From a bacterium (GTDB lineage Bacteria; Hydrothermota; Tepidihabitantia; SM23-42; JAOAFX01), in contig DASVHD010000035.1 in assembly GCA_036382775.1 (NCBI GenBank), positions 28,804 through 92,803 on the forward strand: a stretch of DNA of 64,000 nt. Reading direction: 5' to 3'. The stretch's first letter is position 1. Every line of letters begins with the position of its first letter. A program made the position numbers and the translations under genes. This document shows positions 56,953 to 64,000 of the stretch, piece by piece. Under the pieces are notes generated by a model. That model had not been told where the DNA came from. It saw nothing but the letters and a program-made list of their open reading frames with translations, and did not search any database.

Positions 56953-57579
56953 CTAATCCTGATCGCTTAAGATCGTCCGCACCTTTGCCTTGCATTCTTC
57001 ACAAAGTTCGCCGGTTTCGTTATCCACGGTCCTGATCGTACCTTTGGCGTCCTCCATCAAACACCCCTGGTTGGGGCAGTGGTCAAGACCAAAGTTGTGA
57101 CCGAGTTCGTGGTTGACGACCTTGACCAGGCGTTCATGAAATTTCTGGACCGAGACTTTTTTCTTTCCCAGGCGGTACGTGGAGATCACGCATACGCGGC
57201 CCGGCATGTAGCCGAGTCCAAAAATACCCCAGTCATAATATTTTCCCTTGGTCGTGGAAATGTCCTTCCTCGTAATACCCAGGATCATAGTGTATCGTTC
57301 AAAATTACCAATACTGTCCAGGTATACAAGGATCTTTTCCGCACGGTACCGTTTGCCCGGCTTGTAGTAGGCTTGTCCTGGCATTCCCATGCCGGGCAGG
57401 ACCGCGACCTCGACTTCATATAACGAAGTTATCCCTTCAATAATATTATTAATAATGACCGTATCGACCGTTCCCAACGGCTGGACCGCGAGCATCAGCC
57501 GGCATGTATCTGACCATTCTGATGCCTGGCCAAAAAGGCATGTCATTGACAATGATAATATCGTGATCAGCATAGTCAT
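56953..57579 (-). CDS. Archaemetzincin-like zinc metalloprotease (peptidase M54)
   Basis: It matches the archaemetzincin signature HEXXHXXGX3CX4CXMX17CXXC exactly, as HELGHNFGLDHCPNQGCLM-17 aa-CEEC. Confidence 0.85.
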   Translation of the reverse strand: MTMLITILSLSMTCLFGQASEWSDTCRLMLAVQPLGTVDTVIINNIIEGITSLYEVEVAVLPGMGMPGQAYYKPGKRYRAEKILVYLDSIGNFERYTMILGITRKDISTTKGKYYDWGIFGLGYMPGRVCVISTYRLGKKKVSVQKFHERLVKVVNHELGHNFGLDHCPNQGCLMEDAKGTIRTVDNETGELCEECKAKVRTILSDQD

Positions 57580-57992
57580 GGCTCCCTCTCTATTGTTACC
57601 GCAATGCCCTGGAAAAACACCAGGTCGGAATCAAACATTTTGCCGATGGCCGGCATCTCGTGAACGCTTACCCACCGGTATTCTTTTACTTCCAGAGGAT
57701 TGGCGCTGATCTCATCATCAATGTGTCTTACCACCCACCAGTGCAGCCGGTATTCCTTGTTATGGGTCAGGCATTCCCAGACTTTTTTTTCCGGCTCTAC
57801 GGTGATCCCGAGTTCCTCCTTTGCCTCCCGTATCACTGCTTGTTCCTGGGTTTCATCCTTTTCAACCGCACCCGTTACCGGACACCAGTAGTCCTCAGAC
57901 GCGTCTTTTTTAGCCCGTCTGATGAGCAGATATTTATCCGCCTTGTTAATAATAACTACCGCAACCGCATCCTTCATCTTAACAAAATGCAT
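57576..57992 (-). CDS. NUDIX hydrolase
   Basis: It has the Nudix box GAVEKDETQEQAVIREAKEELGI. Its stop overlaps the next gene's start as ATGA. Confidence 0.85.
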   Translation of the reverse strand: MHFVKMKDAVAVVIINKADKYLLIRRAKKDASEDYWCPVTGAVEKDETQEQAVIREAKEELGITVEPEKKVWECLTHNKEYRLHWWVVRHIDDEISANPLEVKEYRWVSVHEMPAIGKMFDSDLVFFQGIAVTIEREP

Positions 57993-59284
57993 TTAGCTGC
58001 GGTTGACATATCACCGGCTCTTAAGGTCACAAAATAAATGCCGCCGGGAAGCCTGCTGCCGGTGTCGTCTTCGCCGTGCCAGGTGAACGGTTTTGTTGCG
58101 TTAAAAACAATGCTTCTGACCCTCTGCCCTGCGCTGTTGTAGATCGTAGCATGGACGCTCGAAGTAAGAGTCAATGGCCAGCGGATCGTCACGGCCCGTG
58201 AAAAAATTGTTGGACCGACAACAGCACGCAGCAATGTGCTGTTTCTATTTTCCGATATCAAACTTGCAGGCGCGCTGGCCAGGCATATTCCGCCGACCGC
58301 TTCGTACAGCATCTTGTATGCGGTGCCGTCGAAGACCACATCGGGAGCCCAGGGACCGCCAGTATCGACCGGTGGATCAAAGGTAGAGAGCACGGGATTG
58401 CCCCCGTATTTGATCCAGTTAATGCCGTCGGTCGAGGTCGCATACCCCACGCGCGACGTATCGAGCGTGCTGTCAGCTGCATAATCGGCGATCGAAGCCC
58501 CAACATACCACATTTCATAAATGCCGCCGGTCTTTCGAACACCAGGCACAGAAACCCACCCATCATCGAAAGAACCAGGCGCGCCGACATCGAGCACGGG
58601 ATTATGTAACGTATCTTTGATCCAGATAGAACCGTCGCCTGACGTAGCTCGGCCGATGCTGATCCGTAAGTCGCTCGGCAGACCGGGTCCATAACCGACG
58701 CCGGTGTACCACATCTCATATAGATCTGACACTGAATCGTACAATACGGCTGGTGACTCGACCCAGAAGCCATCCCACCCCATCAGTTCGCCCTTTTCCA
58801 GGACCGGGTTGGCCGGATCTTTAGTCCAGCTTATCCCATTGGTCGATGTCGCCATGCCGATCGCTGAATAAACGACGGACAAAGAATCACCGTAGTAGTA
58901 AAGCTTGTAGCCATTATTATCGTGGATGATCGCGGGCGTGTCCAGCCAGCGTGAATCCCAGGCACCAGGAGATCCCACATCCAGCACCGGCATGGGCGGA
59001 TCCCTTTTTATCCAGTCAACGCTGTCGGTCGAATACGCGTAACTTATTCTACCTCTTAAGATTGAGTCTCCGATATAGGCGACACCGGCTGCGGCATAGT
59101 ACATCTTGGTCGTGTCGTTCTCGAATACGCAGGTTGGCTGCCCGATCCCGGCCCACTCCCAGATCCCGGCCAGCGTCGTATCTTTCGTCATCACCGGGTT
59201 GTTCAGATACTTTGTCCAATTGGTCTGGCAAAAGCCAATTCCAGCCGCGATCAGGATCAGCATCGAAATTCCTCTTTTGATCAT
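57974..59284 (-). CDS. Secreted five-bladed beta-propeller glycoside-hydrolase-like protein (GH43/GH130/DUF377-like) with T9SS-type C-terminal domain
   Basis: It has five repeats of the form W(D/E)xxW..xPxV....YxMWY. The C-terminal tail is ATIYNSAGQRV...GIYFVTL...KCILLR. Confidence 0.5.
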   Translation of the reverse strand: MIKRGISMLILIAAGIGFCQTNWTKYLNNPVMTKDTTLAGIWEWAGIGQPTCVFENDTTKMYYAAAGVAYIGDSILRGRISYAYSTDSVDWIKRDPPMPVLDVGSPGAWDSRWLDTPAIIHDNNGYKLYYYGDSLSVVYSAIGMATSTNGISWTKDPANPVLEKGELMGWDGFWVESPAVLYDSVSDLYEMWYTGVGYGPGLPSDLRISIGRATSGDGSIWIKDTLHNPVLDVGAPGSFDDGWVSVPGVRKTGGIYEMWYVGASIADYAADSTLDTSRVGYATSTDGINWIKYGGNPVLSTFDPPVDTGGPWAPDVVFDGTAYKMLYEAVGGICLASAPASLISENRNSTLLRAVVGPTIFSRAVTIRWPLTLTSSVHATIYNSAGQRVRSIVFNATKPFTWHGEDDTGSRLPGGIYFVTLRAGDMSTAAKCILLR

Positions 59285-59290
59285 AGGATA

Positions 59291-59731
59291 TCACACGCTT
59301 AGTCTTACAGCAGACATTTTTCCTAACGGCATATACTCGATCTGCCTCAGCTTCAGCTGCAGCAAACAAAAACTCGGGTCTTTGTATATTTTCCAGAAAT
59401 ATTTGAAGAATGGTATCGCTTCTGAGAGTTCTTTTTTAACTGACAAGCTCTTTACGATCAATGCCCTTCCGCTGCCCCTGACATAACCACTGTGTTTATT
59501 TGTCTTAAGCAGCAAACAAAATTCAATTGCCGGGTTGCGTTTGATCTGACACACTTTCGCGTCGCTCGACGATGTCGACACCCATAGTTTCCGTTTATAA
59601 TGGATCATTGTCACCGGCCTGACCCGTGGTTTTTTACCGTCCGCCGTCGCCAGGTAAATAACCTGTGTTTTCTTGAACAATTTCCAGACATCGTTTAACG
59701 TTATCTTCTTCTTCCTTTTGACCATGATCAC
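59291..59731 (-). CDS. Pyridoxamine 5'-phosphate oxidase-family (general stress protein 26-like) protein
   Basis: It is 146 aa and has a split-barrel FMN-binding-like sequence (VIYLATADGKKPRVRPV...NPAIEFC). Confidence 0.55.
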   Translation of the reverse strand: MIMVKRKKKITLNDVWKLFKKTQVIYLATADGKKPRVRPVTMIHYKRKLWVSTSSSDAKVCQIKRNPAIEFCLLLKTNKHSGYVRGSGRALIVKSLSVKKELSEAIPFFKYFWKIYKDPSFCLLQLKLRQIEYMPLGKMSAVRLSV

Positions 59732-59842
59732 CGCCTTTTTTCTATCCTATAGAATATCAACTCGAAGTCAAGGCCGCCTTAACTGCCGCATATCGATGCA
59801 TGCACATATATGCATATCTGCAATTGCACAGTTGAAAATAAG

Positions 59843-60733
59843 CTAAAGGAATGTTCCCTCAGCCACCAATCTGACCTTGCCTCCGACCAGGACTTCGATC
59901 TTTCCTTTTATGTTCCGGGCCTTGAGATACAATCGCGAACGCCGGCCGATCTCGTATCCCTGTTCAACCTTGACCGATATCACATCCGTGCCGAAATACC
60001 TGTTCTTCACGAGATACCCGGCCAGACATCCATTCGCGCTGCCCGTTGCCGGGTCCTCGGGAACGCCGTAAAAAGGCGCAAAAACCCTCACGTTGAGGTC
60101 ATTCTGTTTGCTGTAGGTCTGGGGGCATAAGACCAGGATGCATCGCGCTTTTGCGCCTTTTATCAGCGTTTTGAAATCCCCGATATTCATCATCGCCTTT
60201 TTGACCGCATCAAGGTTCTTCAGCGGCGCAATAATAAAGGGCAGGCCCGTCGATACCTCCTGAACCGGGAACCTTCGGTCGATCGCCGCCGGCTTGATAC
60301 CCAGGGCTTTTGCTATCCTAAGCGCATCGAAGTACTTTCCAAAAACCGGGGTGTTCTGTTTCATCCACAAGATACCTGGGGTTTTGCCCAGATACTTGAA
60401 TTGAACCGGTATCTGCCCCACTTTCAGGTTTAGCTTGACTTCATTCACCTTGCGGCGCATCAGCATTTGCTGTATGACATAAGCCGATCCCAGTGTTGGA
60501 TGTCCGGCAAACGGAACTTCCTCTTCGGGCGTAAAGATCCTGACATCCCAACCGCCATTATTTTCCTTATCAGATCTGATAAACGTAGTTTCCGAAAAAT
60601 TAGTCTCGCGCGCGATCTTTTGCATGGCCTTTGCCGGAACGTTGCCGGCATTGATGAACACGGCCAGCTGGTTGCCCGCAAATTCCTGCTCGGCAAATAC
60701 GTCGACGATATAGAATCTCAAATCTTTCGCCAT
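59843..60733 (-). CDS. PhzF-family isomerase
   Basis: It has the N-terminus FYIVDVFAEQEFAGNQLAVF, FSETTF, FAGHPTLG, and EDPATGSANGCLAGYL in the C-terminal half. Confidence 0.85.
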   Translation of the reverse strand: MAKDLRFYIVDVFAEQEFAGNQLAVFINAGNVPAKAMQKIARETNFSETTFIRSDKENNGGWDVRIFTPEEEVPFAGHPTLGSAYVIQQMLMRRKVNEVKLNLKVGQIPVQFKYLGKTPGILWMKQNTPVFGKYFDALRIAKALGIKPAAIDRRFPVQEVSTGLPFIIAPLKNLDAVKKAMMNIGDFKTLIKGAKARCILVLCPQTYSKQNDLNVRVFAPFYGVPEDPATGSANGCLAGYLVKNRYFGTDVISVKVEQGYEIGRRSRLYLKARNIKGKIEVLVGGKVRLVAEGTFL

Positions 60734-60864
60734 GGATCCTCCGGTTTCATATAAAGCATTGTCTTTTCGTATTCCAGGGTAGTCTATAATACGGATCGTC
60801 TTTTGTCAAGATGCCGTTGAATCAGTTCGCGGACAGGAGTTTTACCGGAATATTGATACCGCGT

Positions 60865-60889
60865 GGGGGCTGCCCTGCGGGCAGCCCCC
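60865..60889. terminator. GC-rich hairpin just 3' of the TonB-dependent receptor gene
   Basis: It has an 11-bp perfect stem, gggggctgccc / gggcagccccc, with a 3-nt loop. The U-run is weak on the minus strand, so its terminator function is uncertain. Confidence 0.45.
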
Positions 60890-60901
60890 TGTGTTTCTTA
60901 C

Positions 60902-63655
60902 TTAGAAACCTATGCTGGCGCCTAGCTGGATCCGAAACGGACTACCGTAGTTGACCGGGTTGTTATAGAAATCAGCCAGGGCGTCCATATAGCTGCTCTT
61001 CATCTCGGTCGCCGCGACCACGCCGTCGTGATTGAAGTCGGACTGCGGCGAATACCTGGTGCTGGTGAGCGTGAGCGGTCCGAATTGGTCAAGGCTTGGT
61101 TCCGGGTCGCCATGATTATCGGGTTCGCCGGTCGTCTGATACACGGCGATCACCTGTTCGGTATTGAAGAGGTTCTGAATGATCATGCTCAAACCCAGGC
61201 TGATCGGTCCGACCATGATCTGTTTCGATGCGTTCCAGTCGACATTCCAGCTCCCCGTCATCCGGGCGGAATTTTCATCGCCGATGCGGTCACCGCGCAG
61301 GTTCGTGGGCGTGTAGGGTTGTCCCGAATTGTAGGTGAACACGAACGAACTGGCCACGCTCTGCAGCGGGATGAGGATAAAATCCTTGGGCAGCTGGAGA
61401 TCAAGGTTGGCATTTACCAGGTGCCGCTCGTCAAAATCCAGCCAGTAATCGATCACCGGCGGGTCGATCTGGAAATTGTAATAATCATTGTAGTATTCAC
61501 CGGCGAACGAGGCCGTTCCTTTTGCGAATTGCAGTGTGTAGCTTAAGCCCAGTGCCCACATGCTCGACATGATCTTGTCGATCCTGAATTCAAATCCCTT
61601 TACGTTACCGTAGTCAACGTTGAAGTACTGGAAATAGGTGATCGGGAGCGCCGGCACCTTCCGAATCTGGGAGAGGTCGTATATATCCTTGAAATAGGTC
61701 GTGAATCCGAACACCAGGACATCCGACAATTGGTTTTCCAGGCCGAACTCGTACATGATCGTCTTCTGGGGTTTGATGAAGATGTTGCCGATGATGGTAT
61801 TGCCGCGGGTGAGCGCGACCCGGACGACCGCCGTATCCGTGACCATGTAAAGATTCTGGAGCACCGGCAGCTGGAAATAATGCCCGTAATTGAACCGGAA
61901 CTTCATGCGGTCCGTGACCGGCAGGGAAAAACCCAGCCGCGGTGATACCTTATAGCTGTTGTCCGCCCAGGTCAGCGTGTCACTCAGGAAATCGCCAGGG
62001 TCGCCATAGGTGTAGGTCCTGGGATCAAAATAATCAAGGCGCATTCCGACCCGCGCAATGAGACCCTCGAAATCCATTTTGTCCTGCACGTAAGCCGCAA
62101 ACTTGATGGGTGAGCGTTCGTAGTAATCCCAGAACGGATTGTTGACCCAGGGCAGATTATTGTCATAGTAGCTCATATTGTACTTGATCATGTCGCCCCC
62201 GGTTTTGAACTCGTGGATCTTGCCGATCGATTGAGTGACATCGAATCTGCCCTGCATATCCTCATTCGCCCAGTAACGCCACACGCGGAAATCGCCATAC
62301 GTGTAGAAAATCCCCTCGATCCCGTAGGGATTATACCGTAGCGCCTGCACATCACGGTCGGTGTACTCTTCATGGTACTGCATTACGCTGTCAACGATGA
62401 CCTGCCGTGCCGGCAGTCTGTGGTCTGTGAGGTATGGGATCAGGTGTTCGGCTTTCATCCGGTAATCCTCGTACCATTTCCGGTCATGGTCCGATTCCCA
62501 TGCATAGTCGCGCGTGCCGAAGATCTGCTGGAAACTCGTGTAGCCGAGTCTCAACGATGTCAGAGTTTTGGCGGATAACATATAATTGAAGGTCATTGAC
62601 CCGATCACGTTTTTTTGACGGTTCATGGGAACATTGGCAAAATATTTCATCTTGGGATCGTTGATCGGGCCATAGATGATCCATTGTTCGCGGGAATTGT
62701 AAGCCGAGGCCGTCACCTTGCCTTTGGCATTAGGGAGCAGGTACGTAAGGCGGGCGTTTCCGCGGTATTCTTGACGCGGAGATTCCACCTTGTACTGCGC
62801 TGCCTGGTAGGACTTGGTCGACATGAGTTCGACGGACAGAAAATACCTGAGACGGCTGGTCAGCGGGAATGGACCGCCCACTGATAAATCGTAGAGGCTG
62901 TACCCGCAATTGAACTTGTCAAGCTTGTCCGATACCAGGAACTGGTCCGTAAGATAGCGCACGCTGCCCGACGGTTTTGAACCGCCTTCTCGCGTTACGA
63001 CATTAATGATGCCGGAAAGCGCGTCTCCGTATTCAGCGTCAAATCCGCCGCTGATCACCGATACCTCTTCGATCGCTGACGGGCTCATGTCAGCCGACAC
63101 GTTGCCGGTCTGCGGTACCTTCGTAATTATCCCATCGACAAAATATGTGATCTCTTCGTTCCGGCCGCCCCTGATATGCGTGCCCAGATTGCTTTGCACG
63201 ACTCCGGCCTGCAGTGATATCACCTGATTGATGGTCGTGACCGGCAGGCGGCTAATGTCCTGCGAAGTCACGGAACGAGAAGTCTGGGTCTGGGAAACGA
63301 CGATCGGCTCTCTTACCGCGATCGAGGTCACGCCTTCGACCTGGATAATGGTCGGTCTTAGGCGGAAATTAAGGACCGTGGTCTGGTCAGCGTTCACCAC
63401 CACGCTCGTGTACGTAAAGGGATCATATCCAAGGTATGAAGCCATAACCGCATAGGTCCCCGCCGGAACATACAGCACGGAATAAACACCCTTCTCGTCG
63501 GTCGCGGTGCCCAGTTCCGTACCCTCAACTATCACGTTAGCGCCGATCAGGGGATCTCCCGTCTCACTATCCACGGCTCGACCTGTTATTTTTCCATACT
63601 CGGCACCAAAAAGGTGCATGCTGATGATCAAAAGGCAAGCGATGAATCGTATCAT
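60902..63655 (-). CDS. TonB-dependent receptor with N-terminal carboxypeptidase-regulatory-like domain
   Basis: It has a signal peptide, a CarboxypepD_reg module (GKITGRAVDSETGDPLIGANV...GTYAV), a plug region and a long beta-barrel ending in ...LGASIGF. Confidence 0.85.
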   Translation of the reverse strand: MIRFIACLLIISMHLFGAEYGKITGRAVDSETGDPLIGANVIVEGTELGTATDEKGVYSVLYVPAGTYAVMASYLGYDPFTYTSVVVNADQTTVLNFRLRPTIIQVEGVTSIAVREPIVVSQTQTSRSVTSQDISRLPVTTINQVISLQAGVVQSNLGTHIRGGRNEEITYFVDGIITKVPQTGNVSADMSPSAIEEVSVISGGFDAEYGDALSGIINVVTREGGSKPSGSVRYLTDQFLVSDKLDKFNCGYSLYDLSVGGPFPLTSRLRYFLSVELMSTKSYQAAQYKVESPRQEYRGNARLTYLLPNAKGKVTASAYNSREQWIIYGPINDPKMKYFANVPMNRQKNVIGSMTFNYMLSAKTLTSLRLGYTSFQQIFGTRDYAWESDHDRKWYEDYRMKAEHLIPYLTDHRLPARQVIVDSVMQYHEEYTDRDVQALRYNPYGIEGIFYTYGDFRVWRYWANEDMQGRFDVTQSIGKIHEFKTGGDMIKYNMSYYDNNLPWVNNPFWDYYERSPIKFAAYVQDKMDFEGLIARVGMRLDYFDPRTYTYGDPGDFLSDTLTWADNSYKVSPRLGFSLPVTDRMKFRFNYGHYFQLPVLQNLYMVTDTAVVRVALTRGNTIIGNIFIKPQKTIMYEFGLENQLSDVLVFGFTTYFKDIYDLSQIRKVPALPITYFQYFNVDYGNVKGFEFRIDKIMSSMWALGLSYTLQFAKGTASFAGEYYNDYYNFQIDPPVIDYWLDFDERHLVNANLDLQLPKDFILIPLQSVASSFVFTYNSGQPYTPTNLRGDRIGDENSARMTGSWNVDWNASKQIMVGPISLGLSMIIQNLFNTEQVIAVYQTTGEPDNHGDPEPSLDQFGPLTLTSTRYSPQSDFNHDGVVAATEMKSSYMDALADFYNNPVNYGSPFRIQLGASIGF

Positions 63656-63760
63656 GTGTCACCTCCGATCTACTGTATATCGGAACCTCACAGAATAATC
63701 ACAGGATTGTCATGACTGGGCAGAATTTCGGGATTTTACGGTATTAACAGGTAGTGGCGG

Positions 63761-64000
63761 TTATTTCAGGGATTTCTGGTAGATCTGCGCCGCTTCATCC
63801 GATGGTTTATCGATACCCAGTTCTTTCAGGTTGCTGGACAGCATTTCAAATTGCTTTCTAATACCCTTCCTGTCACCCATCGCTGAGTAACACCTCATGA
63901 TCCCGATATGGGTGGTCTCATCATAAGGGTCGTATTGCAGCGCACGGGCATAATAACGGACGCTTTTATTGTATTCTCTGGCTTCATAAAAATAAACGGC
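63761..64000 (-). CDS. C-terminal end of a BTAD (bacterial transcriptional activator domain)/TPR-like protein (3' part only; gene continues beyond the window)
   Basis: My hand translation of the minus strand is open across 63764-64000 and ends ...YYARALQYDPYDETTHIGIMRCYSAMGDRKGIRKQFEMLSSNLKELGIDKPSDEAAQIYQKSLK*. This is the typical BTAD C-terminal pattern. It is absent from the ORF track because no start codon lies in the window. Confidence 0.5.
   Translation of the reverse strand, partial: AVYFYEAREYNKSVRYYARALQYDPYDETTHIGIMRCYSAMGDRKGIRKQFEMLSSNLKELGIDKPSDEAAQIYQKSLK

Noticed and set aside
1-64000. Scan for tRNA, rRNA, tmRNA, RNase P, integrase, transposase, toxin-antitoxin and reverse-transcriptase genes.
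   Set aside because: No T-loop/acceptor-type sequences or rRNA-like stretches were seen in the intergenic regions. No ORF shows recombinase (R..HxxR..Y), DDE or RT (YxDD) motifs. The scan was by eye, so tRNAscan or Infernal should confirm it.

Overview
The window looks like a chromosomal segment of an uncultured diderm bacterium. BamA/TamA-TamB, LolD, a TonB-dependent receptor, a PorV-like porin and four proteins with T9SS-type C-terminal sorting domains suggest the FCB superphylum or a related candidate phylum. No rRNA, tRNA, CRISPR, integrase or transposase genes were found. Most of the window is tightly packed housekeeping: lolD-mcsA-mcsB, tilS-hpt-ftsH-folE-cutA, rpsL-rpsG-M29 peptidase-tamA-tamB-carA-carB, cobB, hypA-B-F-C, a Dpm1-like/GT2 pair divergent from inositol-phosphate synthase, tmk-ctpA, purL, queG-like and hsp20. 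Secreted and outer-membrane proteins fill the rest. Several intergenic regions carry near-consensus sigma70 promoters (TTGACA/TATAAT). The accessory part lies between cutA and rpsL (about 8.9-17.5 kb). It is interrupted by three families of palindromic MITE/REP-like elements. It holds a minus-strand array of a 276-aa orphan protein with an apparently leaderless promoter, two overlapping paralogous P-loop ATPases that resemble the DUF2791/BrxD family, and an Lhr-like SF2 helicase. No methyltransferase, PglZ, TerB or recognisable nuclease accompanies them. This is my best candidate for an undescribed defence-like system. All family assignments come from reading motifs and from memory, so HMM or structure searches are needed to confirm them.
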